Part shown: piece after piece, positions 43,961-54,211 of the stretch
How the letters are laid out: each line of letters opens with the position of its first letter
How positions within the stretch are numbered: position 1 is the first letter of the stretch
Source of the DNA: a virus
IMG/VR virus record: IMGVR_UViG_3300045988_173917
Coordinates: 1-56,938 of that record
Strand: one strand, 5' to 3'
Length of the DNA stretch: 56,938 nucleotides
The notes under the pieces: model-generated
What the model was told of the DNA's origin: nothing
Database searches by the model: none
Seen by the model: the letters and a program-made list of their open reading frames with translations, nothing else
Program-made: the position numbers and the translations under genes

Positions 43961-45045
43961 GCCTGTACAGTTGTGGTGTCCATTGTATAGATTCTATCAA
44001 CGTTCGCGATTACCGGAACGACACGAGCCTGCGAGGTGGTATATTCACGCAGAGAAGGACGATTTTCCCGGTACTTAGAAACAAGCAAATACTGGTCTAC
44101 CGTCTGATAGTTCACTCCCTGTACTGGGTGATTCATTTCTGCGAGACGCGACCATACCAAGGAACCTAGCTGACGGTCGCAGACAAATACAATCGTTCCC
44201 TTCTTCCACGGTGTGTTGTTTGTCTGTACTCCGTTCTTTTCTGTCTTGATAGTACGGTCAATCTTGGTGACAGAGAAGTTGAATCTGCTTGACATCACAC
44301 GGTTTGCCTGTGTATTGTCAAGTACGGGAATACTCGTGCCGACAAATCCCTGCAAGAATGCGAACTGCTGGCGTACTTGGTCAGATGCGTTGAAGTTGTC
44401 AAACCACGCTTGGTCGGCATAAGCTCCGATGATAACATTGCCGTCTTCCCGTGCCTTATTGACAACTTTCTGGATGTCATCAATAGGCTTTGATGTGGAC
44501 GTATTCCCTTCCCAAACGACTTTGACGCCGAATTTATTTGCGGTAAGGTATCCGTAATCCACACGTACACCGGTGCCTACATTGTCTGTATCTGCCAATG
44601 CCACACCGGTAGACAGGCCTTGCAAGAACATCAATTCGATACGCTCCCAGATACCGGCAATCACGCGCGGAGTGTCCTCGAAGATTTTGGCGATGATGGT
44701 TTTTTCATCAAATCCCTGTGCGAGTAACGTATCAATGTCCGTCATCTGCTTTTCGTTAAGGAACAATTCCATGCCCATCTTTGGAAGTTCTCCGCTTGCT
44801 TTCTCCAACGAATCACGCTTTTTCAACGGAAGCGGTGAATCCATTGCAACCACATCGGCGGCAACCCGCGTATATTGTCCCGTAAGGGATGCCCAACGGC
44901 CATCTACTGAATAATCCGTTTTAAGCAACTGCTTGAACATATAAGACAGCTGCGTCTGATTCTTGTCGTTCAGTTTTTCCACAATAGCCAAAATCAGCTT
45001 CGGGAAGTTTTTCTGAATCAAATCAAAGTAAAGTGATTTTTCCAT
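43957..45045 (-). CDS. Major capsid protein
   Basis: 362 aa. It follows the scaffold and decoration-like genes. Confidence 0.8.
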   Translation of the reverse strand: MEKSLYFDLIQKNFPKLILAIVEKLNDKNQTQLSYMFKQLLKTDYSVDGRWASLTGQYTRVAADVVAMDSPLPLKKRDSLEKASGELPKMGMELFLNEKQMTDIDTLLAQGFDEKTIIAKIFEDTPRVIAGIWERIELMFLQGLSTGVALADTDNVGTGVRVDYGYLTANKFGVKVVWEGNTSTSKPIDDIQKVVNKAREDGNVIIGAYADQAWFDNFNASDQVRQQFAFLQGFVGTSIPVLDNTQANRVMSSRFNFSVTKIDRTIKTEKNGVQTNNTPWKKGTIVFVCDRQLGSLVWSRLAEMNHPVQGVNYQTVDQYLLVSKYRENRPSLREYTTSQARVVPVIANVDRIYTMDTTTVQA

Positions 45046-45048
45046 GTC

Positions 45049-45447
45049 TTAGTCCTCCTGATAATCGATTAACGGTAATGCGGTCTTCAATGCGGTGATA
45101 AGATCGGCACTCATGGTGTATGGTGCTGCTTTTGGGTTGATGGTGCCTCGCGTCATGATAGCGGCAAACGGTTTGCTTGCCGGGATGGTTGCTACGAGAA
45201 CCCCACAATACTTCGACGTTGATTCACCGTCAAGTGGGGTATATGCTGCCTCGCTGACAGGCAGAGGCTGAATCTTGCCGTCTGACGTTTCAATAAGAAT
45301 GTGTCCGGCTTTTACAAATTTCTCCGTGTATCCTGTCAAGTCAAGCGAGCGACCGCCACGGATGCCGTCAAAGTAATTCACGATAACGATATTGTCGTTA
45401 CCGGTAATGACTCCTTGTGGCTCATTCACTAAATTTACTACTGTCAT
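45049..45447 (-). CDS. Head decoration-like protein
   Basis: 132 aa, between the scaffold and capsid genes (a lambda gpD-like position). Confidence 0.5.
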   Translation of the reverse strand: MTVVNLVNEPQGVITGNDNIVIVNYFDGIRGGRSLDLTGYTEKFVKAGHILIETSDGKIQPLPVSEAAYTPLDGESTSKYCGVLVATIPASKPFAAIMTRGTINPKAAPYTMSADLITALKTALPLIDYQED

Positions 45448-45459
45448 TTCCTTCTGATT

Positions 45460-46068
45460 TTAGATTAATAAACTATCCGCAATTTCCTTGGCTTGCTCTT
45501 GAGTGATTTCGCCTTTGTTTTGCGGAAAACCACCTCTTTCCGGAATGCCTTTGTCTACCATGTGCTGTTTATAGGCGGTTAGATGTGACGTAATCCCAGC
45601 GTTATCAAGTTCTGCCGGCACGTTGAGATACTTCAAGTCTGATTCGTCGATACCCAGCCTTTTGGCTTCGGAAGAGATAAAAGTGTTCCGGTCGGTATCT
45701 GCCTTGTCTTTTTCGTAAGATTGGATTTTCTCTTGAAAAGGCTTGACCGCTTCGGCAACTGCCGCCGCAACCATGGCTTTAATGTCGTCCGGTTTGGGTT
45801 CATCTTTCTTGCCAAGATCGCCCTTCTTGTCCTGTTTGGCTTTCAGTTCGTCGTACTGCTTTTGAAGTTCGGATTTCTCCGTCCTTACCTTGTCTACATC
45901 GCCCTGGAATGCTTTCAGCAAGGGTTCAACCCCTGCGATTGCTGCCTCGATTTGTGATTCTTCTGTGACGGTTTTAGATAAGTAATCAGCCACCCCGTCA
46001 AAAGCTTTTTCGCCAAACCCTAAGTTGGAATACTTAGTTTTCAGTTGAGATAAGATTTTTGTTTTCAT
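45460..46068 (-). CDS. Scaffolding protein
   Basis: Start at MKTKILSQLK. Helical and charged, upstream of the capsid genes. Confidence 0.65.
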   Translation of the reverse strand: MKTKILSQLKTKYSNLGFGEKAFDGVADYLSKTVTEESQIEAAIAGVEPLLKAFQGDVDKVRTEKSELQKQYDELKAKQDKKGDLGKKDEPKPDDIKAMVAAAVAEAVKPFQEKIQSYEKDKADTDRNTFISSEAKRLGIDESDLKYLNVPAELDNAGITSHLTAYKQHMVDKGIPERGGFPQNKGEITQEQAKEIADSLLI

Positions 46069-46231
46069 TCGTGATGAATAAAAAAAGGCAAACGTCCGAT
46101 AGTATAAATACAACTATCAGGCGCTTGCCTTTTCTGTTAGTAATTCCGTTATTTTAATGGGCAGTGTACATCATCATACACCTGATAGTATTGCAAATGT
46201 ACACATTATTTTTATTTAATCCAAATAAAAA

Positions 46232-47347
46232 TTACAAATCTTTGAACACCTTTGGATAAATGAAATACTTTTCCGCATATTTAGGATTATTTGTGACGTA
46301 GTAGGGTAGGGCACTCCATCCCGATATTTGTTTTTTATGAGTTTGTGACCATTTGATGAACTTATCTGGTATGTCGGTTATCATCTTTGGTTTTACCGTT
46401 GTCGGTTCTTTGCCGTCTAATATCGCTTGCGTCATAGCGGCAATGTCTTCTTGTGTAGCGAATATCGGCGTCATGATACATCGGCAATGCGGATGCCATC
46501 CGTACCATACGAAATCTTTTGGGTACCTGCCTTGTGCATAGTCGCATATATCAATAAATGGCTCCGGCTTTCCTGTTTTCGGGTTCTTTAGCGTGTGGTT
46601 GTTCGATAATCTGATTTGAAAGCCTACAATTACTGGATTGTTTTGATAACTTTCCCATTCAGCCATCCGGTAAGAATTGTTTATTTCTGTTGCTGCAAGT
46701 CTTCTTGCGTTCATGTAGGAAGACCGATATACGCCTTGCCCGGGGTGATATTGCTTCGCCGCTTTGCTTAGCTTCAATTCTCCGGTTTCCTTGTCCCTTA
46801 TTCGGCGGAATAGTTTTTTCGGTTCTTGTAGATATTCCCTTAAATCCTTGCTTAGTTTTTGCGCCGATTCTCCGTTTGACACGGCAAGTTGTACGGATTC
46901 TTCAATTTGTGCCTTTATCCCGTCTTTCCATACCCTTGTGGATATGTCAAATTTATCTTTATTGAATTTAAAGGCATCCATCGCCTTATTCCGGTGCTTA
47001 AACAATCCGGATTTCCGCAAATTATCGGCTAATTCTGTAGAAATCTTGCTTAATACAAGCGTTTCCGTGACTTTTTCACCAATTCTCCATGCAGTTTCTT
47101 GGGCCGACGTGACAATAGAGTATATTTCATCGATAAGTTTGTCTATTTTCCCGTCGATGCCTTTTATTCCGTTAATATCAGAGAAAGATTTCAACTTTTT
47201 ACCGGATAGATACGATTTAACACCCGGAATATTCGCTATTGCCTTTGAAAATTCGGAATAAAGACGCTTCAAACGTGCTGCAGTCTGTGCGTTTAATTCA
47301 AGCAACAGGTTATATAACTGCTCGGGTGTTAAATCGTCTGTCTTCAT
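46232..47347 (-). CDS. Head morphogenesis protein (SPP1 gp7 / Mu F-like)
   Basis: The WHPHCRCIMTPI motif, and its position after the portal gene. Confidence 0.8.
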   Translation of the reverse strand: MKTDDLTPEQLYNLLLELNAQTAARLKRLYSEFSKAIANIPGVKSYLSGKKLKSFSDINGIKGIDGKIDKLIDEIYSIVTSAQETAWRIGEKVTETLVLSKISTELADNLRKSGLFKHRNKAMDAFKFNKDKFDISTRVWKDGIKAQIEESVQLAVSNGESAQKLSKDLREYLQEPKKLFRRIRDKETGELKLSKAAKQYHPGQGVYRSSYMNARRLAATEINNSYRMAEWESYQNNPVIVGFQIRLSNNHTLKNPKTGKPEPFIDICDYAQGRYPKDFVWYGWHPHCRCIMTPIFATQEDIAAMTQAILDGKEPTTVKPKMITDIPDKFIKWSQTHKKQISGWSALPYYVTNNPKYAEKYFIYPKVFKDL

Positions 47348-47449
47348 CTTTTCTTTCTTCTTTCTCTTCTCTTTGTTTTGCCATCCGGATATTCTTCAAG
47401 ATACGAATTTCTGAACACGGAGAGGACATGAAGCCAAAATCGGTATAAA

Positions 47450-48928
47450 TTATTCCTCTTCTTCATTTTCTTGGTCCCGTTGAAATTCCCCTAATAAGGA
47501 GCCTTGCGCCTCAATCTGTTGTTCCTGCCTTTCCTTTATCTCCTTCAGAATCTTGTCAAGCTCGACACTCGGGTCATTGATATAGTCGATTAACGTAAGT
47601 GCGGTTTCCCGGCTTATCAATTCAGAGCTATAAAGATTTATAATGTCTGCTATCTTTTCGCTTACATCGTCCTGAAATGGTTCGGCAAGCTGGCATGAAA
47701 CCGAAAGATTTTCAACTTCTGACTTTAAAGATACGTCAAGCACATTCCCGATAATCGCCTTTATAATGCTTGCTTCTCGCTCATGTGCAATGTAGTATAT
47801 CTCCATATTCTTCGCCCTCTTCATGTAGCCTAATGCCATAGCCCTTTTTAACGCCCTGCCTGTCGGTGCGCCTGCTGCTACAAGTGCGTCAAATGATAAG
47901 TCCGGCGTCATAGATAGCATATAGATACACTTTTCGAGGTCTTTAATCTCTTCTCTTTTCAAATCGACAGCCGTATCTACGGAAAGATAGTCAAATTTGC
48001 TGTCTTTGCTCGGTACGCCGACCACTTTACCGCCTCCTGCTTTTTCAGTGTCCGGCAATCCTGCCGTGTCTTTTTTGCTCTTTAAAGATTCGGCAACGTC
48101 AGCAGACATAACTAGTATCGGGTCGGCAACATAATCGTTTACATCGGAAACACGCGAACGGAGAGCCTCAATTCTATCTATTAAAGGCTGAATGCCGTAC
48201 CAAGCCTTGTTTTGTGTGACATATATAACAGGGATTTTCCCTATATCGTTTTTTTCTGCTACAACTTCCCAAGCTCCATTTGTTTTTTTGCATCGGTAAA
48301 TAATAGTCGGGTAGTATATATCGAAGTGGTAAACCGTTTTTACACCCTCCAACAGGTAATATCCATGCCCGAAAGAAAGCATGTTGTCGTATTGGTCGAA
48401 GAGCGGCCTTAATTCATCCCCTTTGCTTTTTGCGAGGACTTTAACACCAACCTTTTTCTCTCCAGCATCATTTTTGTAAACATAGTACAATTTTGCCGCC
48501 TCTGTTTCCGCGCCGGCTAATCTCTTAAACTCCCTCTGTGTGGTGTTCCATCGCGTGTTTTTCAGTACATCGGAATAAACTTGGAAAGCTCTATCCGCTC
48601 CGTCTGAATCCTGCTGCCATGTCGGAGGGTTCCCATACATGAATGTCAGTTCTATTTCATTGATGATTTGCTGATAGGGAGCTGATAGTTTTGCGAGGAC
48701 TTTAGGAGGTCTCCCGATTCTAATTTTGTCTTGTTTACGCATAATCTTATGCGTATCCGGATTGTACTCTAAAATAGCCTCGTTTACCTCTTCGTCCCTG
48801 TTTTGTAACAAAGAAATGACCTTTGAAATGTCCCTATCCCGGATCAATTCTTCAACAGTCCGATTAATCCCTATAGCATTCTGAATAGTGTTTGATGCCG
48901 AATTGAAAAAAGTAGATAATAAATTCAT
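47450..48928 (-). CDS. Portal protein
   Basis: 492 aa with an acidic C-terminus, directly after the large terminase gene. Confidence 0.85.
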   Translation of the reverse strand: MNLLSTFFNSASNTIQNAIGINRTVEELIRDRDISKVISLLQNRDEEVNEAILEYNPDTHKIMRKQDKIRIGRPPKVLAKLSAPYQQIINEIELTFMYGNPPTWQQDSDGADRAFQVYSDVLKNTRWNTTQREFKRLAGAETEAAKLYYVYKNDAGEKKVGVKVLAKSKGDELRPLFDQYDNMLSFGHGYYLLEGVKTVYHFDIYYPTIIYRCKKTNGAWEVVAEKNDIGKIPVIYVTQNKAWYGIQPLIDRIEALRSRVSDVNDYVADPILVMSADVAESLKSKKDTAGLPDTEKAGGGKVVGVPSKDSKFDYLSVDTAVDLKREEIKDLEKCIYMLSMTPDLSFDALVAAGAPTGRALKRAMALGYMKRAKNMEIYYIAHEREASIIKAIIGNVLDVSLKSEVENLSVSCQLAEPFQDDVSEKIADIINLYSSELISRETALTLIDYINDPSVELDKILKEIKERQEQQIEAQGSLLGEFQRDQENEEEE

Positions 48929-48993
48929 GGCTCGCCGTTCTGTTTTGGGTGCCTTGTAACATCACAAGACAATGCAAATATAGTGATTTTCAG

Positions 48994-50217
48994 TTATAAT
49001 ATATCAATATCAAACTCATCTTTGTCGTAAAATACTTTCCGGTCGTAAATATGTCCTAATATTTCAGCAAGCACCCAATATCTTACTGCGTCAATGGCAT
49101 GGTTGAACTTGTCAATCGGTTCATTTAGCCATTTTCCAGCCTTGTCTTGCAAGTAGGTATAATTATTAAACTCCTTTATTACATTCGAACTTCTGCGAGT
49201 AATACATATCTCGTATTCTTGCATTTTTTGAATGCCGGCCATCACACTACCTTTGAACTTCTCAACAGGGTAGATGTTTATTCCAGCATTATATATTTCT
49301 TGAATCAGTCGAGGATCTGCACTTTCGGAAATAACTCTCATCTTCGGCACGCCTTTGAACTCTTCTATTATGTCGCCGGCTAACATGTGCGTCTTATAGC
49401 ATATTTCATCTATGTATAGCTTATTGTCAAGCAAACCAACATCCACTATAGCTGTAGGGTCATGAGTATATCCGAAGTCGTTAGCGTATCCGCGCTTCTT
49501 GCAATAATCTGGTATTGAATCAACTAACGTGTATTTGGGGAAAACAAGCCCCTCTACTTGGCATTGCAATCCAAGCCCGTAAACCCTCCATAGGGATTCA
49601 TTCTTATATTGTAAGCTCTCTATTTCATCGATGATTGTTTGTTCTAGAAATGGGTTATCCTTGTATGTAGTGATGAAATGGTAGGTGCGCGGGTCTCTAT
49701 TTATTTCACAAAGCCAATGGTCGTCAGAGAAAGATGGATTATAGTCAATGATGGCAAACTTTGTCGTTCTCATTTTAAGCTGCTGCCATTCAATAAATGA
49801 TATTTCGTTAGCCTCATTCACGAATAATATGTCGCGCTTACGCCCTCTTATCTTCTGCTCATCATCAGTAGAGAAAAAATCAATCCATGATCCGTTGGGA
49901 AATGTATAGATGAAGTCTGTTTTGTTCATACATCCTCTCTCATCATATATTCCCATATTCCGCATTATCTCCTTGAAATCAACAAATACGGTAGCCTTTA
50001 ATGCCGGAAGTGTCTTTCTGACGATAGATAATCTTAAACCGGGATTCTGTAATAAATAGGTGATAAGTCTTATAAGGATGTTGTATGTCTTACTCGAACG
50101 ACTGGAGCCTTGCGCCGATATCGTGGTATATTTGCGCTTTTTTTGTCCGTCTACAATATCAAACTGATTAATAGCATTATCAACAATGGAGAATATTTTA
50201 GTAGTTTGTATCTTCAT
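48994..50217 (-). CDS. terL: Terminase large subunit
   Basis: Walker A-like AQGSSRSSKT. Walker B-like ILFVNEANE. C-terminal nuclease region. Confidence 0.88.
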   Translation of the reverse strand: MKIQTTKIFSIVDNAINQFDIVDGQKKRKYTTISAQGSSRSSKTYNILIRLITYLLQNPGLRLSIVRKTLPALKATVFVDFKEIMRNMGIYDERGCMNKTDFIYTFPNGSWIDFFSTDDEQKIRGRKRDILFVNEANEISFIEWQQLKMRTTKFAIIDYNPSFSDDHWLCEINRDPRTYHFITTYKDNPFLEQTIIDEIESLQYKNESLWRVYGLGLQCQVEGLVFPKYTLVDSIPDYCKKRGYANDFGYTHDPTAIVDVGLLDNKLYIDEICYKTHMLAGDIIEEFKGVPKMRVISESADPRLIQEIYNAGINIYPVEKFKGSVMAGIQKMQEYEICITRRSSNVIKEFNNYTYLQDKAGKWLNEPIDKFNHAIDAVRYWVLAEILGHIYDRKVFYDKDEFDIDIL

Positions 50218-50620
50218 GTTCTACATCCTCCCTTTTGTCAATAATCTCGATGTCGATTTTGGGGATTAAGTCTTTCCCGTCCTTTCCTGTTATCTCTGTT
50301 GTGTTTGGAATTTTTCCAAATATGCGTTCTGTGATGTCGTTTAAGGTTTTGACCTCTCCACGTCCAGAATCTTTATACAATGCCCGGCACACGTTTACAA
50401 TCCAAATCGGCGTGTTTTCATCTTCTGCGATGCTATTTATCTCTTTCTTGGTGCATTGCATCAGATAGGCAATAACATCTTTATATTCCTCGTGGGATAT
50501 GTTGTATTTCTTTTTGGCGATGGTGTATAGCTTGGGTTTTCTGCCACGATTTACAGGCTGATTGTCACTTGTAAAAAGTGTTTTATATCCTTTTTTATTT
50601 CCTTTCTCAAATTTTGCCAT
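50198..50620 (-). CDS. terS: Terminase small subunit
   Basis: Basic N-terminus with an HTH-like region. It overlaps terL. The start is taken at MAKFEKG. Confidence 0.6.
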   Translation of the reverse strand: MAKFEKGNKKGYKTLFTSDNQPVNRGRKPKLYTIAKKKYNISHEEYKDVIAYLMQCTKKEINSIAEDENTPIWIVNVCRALYKDSGRGEVKTLNDITERIFGKIPNTTEITGKDGKDLIPKIDIEIIDKREDVEHEDTNY

Positions 50621-50758
50621 TTTTCGCCGTTTTTTCGCCGTTTTCAATAATTATTCATCTAGAAGCACGGGTCGGGATGTCCTTGTTGGACAGTAATTGT
50701 GTTATTGTGCTATCGGTGAGGGCTCTAGATATCTTTGCCGTAGTTTATTTCTTTATTG

Positions 50759-51115
50759 TCATCTCTTTGCTTTTTTATATATCTTAATATCCATTCCTAC
50801 TGACCTTGCAACAGCAACGGGACGACTACTTAAAAAAGATATATTATTTTTTAAGTCGTAGTATCCAATATCAACAGGCTTTGAATGAGGATAATATACC
50901 TTTCCGTACAGTCTTTTTTTGTCGTTTTTTTCCCATAATTTCCATTCTATAGTACCAACAGGTTTACCATGAATGTCTATATGAAGTTCTGGGACCTCAA
51001 TAATTCCATCTTTTGTATTATATGTTTTAAATCCTTCCCTTTGTTTTATTGTTTTCCCTCTGCTACTTGATGAACTACTACTTCTAACTTCTCCGCTTGT
51101 TTTAGCCATTTTCAC
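50759..51115 (-). CDS. Hypothetical protein
   Basis: 118-aa ORF that overlaps the upstream stop. Confidence 0.5.
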   Translation of the reverse strand: MKMAKTSGEVRSSSSSSSRGKTIKQREGFKTYNTKDGIIEVPELHIDIHGKPVGTIEWKLWEKNDKKRLYGKVYYPHSKPVDIGYYDLKNNISFLSSRPVAVARSVGMDIKIYKKAKR

Positions 51116-52197
51116 CTCCTTTTTTTAACTCTGTTAGCCATAAACTGCTCCACATACAGCACATTATTCTGTATGCAAAGCTCTTTTATCTTATCTCCTC
51201 CGCCGTAAACCATCATGTTAGGATTATCTTTCCCTGATATTTCACGGGTGATTTGGATTTCTTCTTTCAAATATTCTTGTCTGTCGGCATATCCTCGTGT
51301 GAAGAATGCGTTATATCCGTTAGGGATGCCGAGACGGTTGTACTTCTGAAATTTCCTCGATACGTTCAGGTCGACATAAATATTGGCTCCGCATTCTTGC
51401 CAATATCTGGCAATCCACCTCTTTTTATATATTTGTTGTAAACCGTAGGCGATAGGGGTTGTATCGAATAGAGACAAGTTGGGCTCTACCAAATCCGTAC
51501 ATCCGCTATTCAGTACCTCGTTAGGATTCTTCCATATCGCTTCAAACCGATAATCTTCCACATAAAAATGATAGGTGGATATGCCTTTCTTCGCTCTTTT
51601 ATCACTTCCCCATCCAGAGAAAGGCAAAAGAAGACCGCTTTTGGGCTGTCCGTCAATCTTTAGGTTGGGTATGTCAAATTCATTATTGCTGTCATAAATC
51701 CGATCGCCCAACATCATCGCATAGTAATCGGCATTTTCATCCTCTTCTTCCTCATCCTTTTTCGGATCTTTGCTTTTTTTCTTCGGCTCTTGCCATACAT
51801 CAAAGCCCCAATCGTCCAACTCTTCGCTATCCCATTCGTTGGCGATAATGTTCCAATCTGTTTCACCGAATGAGTTATTATCCTGTATGACTATTGCGCG
51901 GAGTTTCTCCTTTGGCATATTCTCCGGTAAGATACATACAGGCACTTTCTTCCATCCTAATTCAACGTAAGCGTTCAGGCGCATATTGCCACCTAAAGCA
52001 ATGTATTTCCCATCAAGAGGATATACAATGATTTCACGAGCTTCTGTCAGTTCGGGGAGTGACTGAATGGATTTGCACAGCTTTATGAATTTCTCCTTGT
52101 TTATGAGGCGTGGATTTTGAGGTACACCATTAATCTGCCCCTCGTTGGGAAGGACTAACGAAATATCAATCTTATCATGACAAACTTTTGCTTTCAT
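51112..52197 (-). CDS. ParB-like nuclease N-terminal domain protein with a DUF4417-like C-terminal region
   Basis: IIVYPLDGKYIALGGNMRLNAY resembles the ParB/Srx GG.R box. It is the first gene of the late arm. Confidence 0.6.
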   Translation of the reverse strand: MKAKVCHDKIDISLVLPNEGQINGVPQNPRLINKEKFIKLCKSIQSLPELTEAREIIVYPLDGKYIALGGNMRLNAYVELGWKKVPVCILPENMPKEKLRAIVIQDNNSFGETDWNIIANEWDSEELDDWGFDVWQEPKKKSKDPKKDEEEEDENADYYAMMLGDRIYDSNNEFDIPNLKIDGQPKSGLLLPFSGWGSDKRAKKGISTYHFYVEDYRFEAIWKNPNEVLNSGCTDLVEPNLSLFDTTPIAYGLQQIYKKRWIARYWQECGANIYVDLNVSRKFQKYNRLGIPNGYNAFFTRGYADRQEYLKEEIQITREISGKDNPNMMVYGGGDKIKELCIQNNVLYVEQFMANRVKKRR

Positions 52198-52306
52198 GCC
52201 CGCCGTTCAAATTAATGTGTGTTGCTACATAACAACAAAACAAAAATAGCGATTATTTATAATAAATCCAAATAACGCATTCAGAGAATATTTTTGAAAG
52301 AACACA

Positions 52307-52483
52307 GTGGCGCACTTCCTAGAGCTAGCCATAAAAATCAACCAAGACTACGTTAATGTCGATCTCGACTTAATAAATAGAGTAAAAGACATTAAGAACA
52401 AGAGCAGATTCTTCAATGCTTCCATTCGGGAAAAGTTGGAGCGGATAGAGACATTTATAAAAGAGGCAAACGAAATAGAATAA
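52307..52483 (+). pseudogene. Possible remnant or short ribbon-helix-helix-like ORF (GTG start, 58 aa)
   Basis: The only possible start is GTG, directly after an in-frame TGA. The C-terminal SRFFNASIREKLERIE looks RHH/antitoxin-like. Confidence 0.2.
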
Positions 52484-52498
52484 CGAGGTTGATCCCCG

Positions 52499-52741
52499 TT
52501 ATCCTACTTTTAAAGTTACAGACTTCCCGCAATGCGGACAGGTAATACGGATACTACTACTTTCTTCTTTAAATAACTCAGGAACCGGTACATCTAAAGC
52601 CTTAGCTATTTCGTATAACTTTTGTAATGTAAGATTCCGGTTCAGCAGCATAGATAAACCAGGCTGTGTTATTCCCATCCGTTTGGCTAACACCTGCATG
52701 GTTATTCCTTTCTCCTTTGCAATCTCTTTTACTCTTAGCAT
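52499..52741 (-). CDS. XRE-family HTH regulator with a C-terminal zinc ribbon
   Basis: LRVKEIAKEKGITMQVLAKRMGITQPGLSMLL followed by CPHCGK. Confidence 0.7.
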   Translation of the reverse strand: MLRVKEIAKEKGITMQVLAKRMGITQPGLSMLLNRNLTLQKLYEIAKALDVPVPELFKEESSSIRITCPHCGKSVTLKVG

Positions 52742-52913
52742 ATATGTTATATTTAATATTATCGACAAAGATAGATAAATAATGTATATCCGGAAAGAAT
52801 TTTATATTTTTCAATACATAAGTGAAAAATATTTTTGTTTTTTCTTGTGTAATATTAATATATGTGTTATATTTGTATCGAAATAATAATACATGATTTT
52901 AAAAAATAAGGCT

Positions 52914-53279
52914 ATGAAAATTTATAACTACAAAACAGGTAAGGCAGTTTTCGTAAACAACGAAAAAATAGAAATTAGTAATAAGGTTGCTGAAATTTTG
53001 GAAAACTACACTATGTTTCCTGAAAACATGTATCAGGATTTGGGTATTGAAAAACGCCCGTTTGTACAGGATAAGGATGGAGACGTATTAAAAATGGCAG
53101 AATCTACCGAAGTGGAAAATTTCGAAAGTAATGGAGAAAATAACTTTAATGTTACTTTTATGCTCTACAAAGGGGTTGTATTTGGAGTTTACGGTGAATA
53201 TGAGGGACAGGATGCAAGCTGTTTAAGACAGTTTGATCTGAATCAGGTTTATAATGAATTTAAAAACACAAACAAATAA
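52914..53279 (+). CDS. Hypothetical acidic protein
   Basis: ORF divergent from the XRE gene. Confidence 0.5.
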   Translation: MKIYNYKTGKAVFVNNEKIEISNKVAEILENYTMFPENMYQDLGIEKRPFVQDKDGDVLKMAESTEVENFESNGENNFNVTFMLYKGVVFGVYGEYEGQDASCLRQFDLNQVYNEFKNTNK

Positions 53280-53282
53280 ACT

Positions 53283-53840
53283 ATGGATTTAATCGTACTG
53301 AAAAGAAATGAAGAAGATAATATAATGTATATTATCGAAGAAAATAAGTTTGAAACGACTCGCCTATCGGAGTGCTATGACAAGTTTGGACAAAAGATCG
53401 GCAAAGAAAATGCCGAGGATTATTGCTTAGAGAATAGTTATTGCACTGAATTACGGGAAAGATTTTTAAATGACCTGCAGACGGCCGGTTTTGAGGTAGA
53501 AAATAAATCTTGGGAAGATTTTGTTGAGAGCGATGACAACTCCATCAAGGAGTTTGTCGAAAACTGGCGTGATGAAAACGAGGCTTACACAGAAGCCTTA
53601 GCCTACAATTACTGGGATGGAAATAACTGGAGGTCTGTAATTTTAGACGATGACGCTAATGGTTATAGCGTTAACTACGAAAAGGTAGAGCAAGAACTTG
53701 CTGAGCAAGTTCTTACAGCGTACAAAAATGTAACTTTCCCTGATTACAAATTTGGGAAGAGTGAAGTAGAGTCGGATGGTTTTGTGTTCTTAAAGACTCA
53801 GTATCCAGGTGATCCATTCCTGACTACTGTTGAACTCTAA
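53283..53840 (+). CDS. Hypothetical highly acidic protein
   Basis: 185 aa, rich in D and E. Confidence 0.55.
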   Translation: MDLIVLKRNEEDNIMYIIEENKFETTRLSECYDKFGQKIGKENAEDYCLENSYCTELRERFLNDLQTAGFEVENKSWEDFVESDDNSIKEFVENWRDENEAYTEALAYNYWDGNNWRSVILDDDANGYSVNYEKVEQELAEQVLTAYKNVTFPDYKFGKSEVESDGFVFLKTQYPGDPFLTTVEL

Positions 53841-53984
53841 AATAAAGGAATTTGCCTGCTTAGGGTTTAGGTGCCTGAGCATATGTTAATCTAAAAACTT
53901 ATGTCAGGCAGTTTGTTAGCATAAGTTTTTGAGGCATAAAAATAATTTATTTTACCTTTATTGGTGTATTTTCTTCCAATTTTA

Positions 53985-53992
53985 TATATTTG
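53985..53992 (+). promoter_or_regulatory. Bacteroides-type -7 promoter box TATATTTG upstream of RNA unit A
   Basis: Matches TAnnTTTG. An aTTG lies 21 nt upstream. The box ends 5 nt before the unit A stem. Confidence 0.45.
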
Positions 53993-53996
53993 TGGT

Positions 53997-54080
53997 GTCC
54001 ACTGTAACCGGAATTGAAATTTGTTTTTTAAGAGGTAAAGTGTCCCTTTTAAAAATTTTAATTGAACCGTAACAGTGGAC
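53997..54080 (+). ncRNA. Structured RNA unit A (long closing stem + GGAATTGAAAT motif)
   Basis: GTCCACTGTAAC (53997-54008) pairs with GTAACAGTGGAC (54069-54080) with 1 mismatch. GGAATTGAAAT lies at 54010-54020. The inner helices CGG:CCG and AATT:AATT are conserved. A T-rich tract follows. Confidence 0.6.
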
Positions 54081-54120
54081 ATTTTTATTTCAACACTACT
54101 TACAATTCCAAATAATAATG

Positions 54121-54128
54121 TATATTTG
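54121..54128 (+). promoter_or_regulatory. Second TATATTTG -7 box, upstream of RNA unit B
   Basis: The same octamer occurs 1 nt before the unit B stem. Confidence 0.4.
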
Positions 54129-54129
54129 T

Positions 54130-54205
54130 AATCCCTTCTGCATTGGAATTGAAATATGTATGTGGCTGTTTTATTATGCCTTGAATTGTACCAGCAGAAG
54201 GGATT
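54130..54205 (+). ncRNA. Structured RNA unit B
   Basis: AATCCCTTCTGC (54130-54141) pairs perfectly with GCAGAAGGGATT (54194-54205). GGAATTGAAAT lies at 54145-54155. Inner helices TGG:CCA and AATT:AATT. A T-run follows. Confidence 0.6.
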
Positions 54206-54211
54206 TTTAAA

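Noticed and set aside
50622-50647. Tandem AACGGCGAAAAA repeat as part of the small-terminase N-terminus
   Set aside because: The repeat lies upstream of a better start (MAKFEKG at 50620). It is more likely an untranslated or regulatory sequence than coding, and too short to interpret further.
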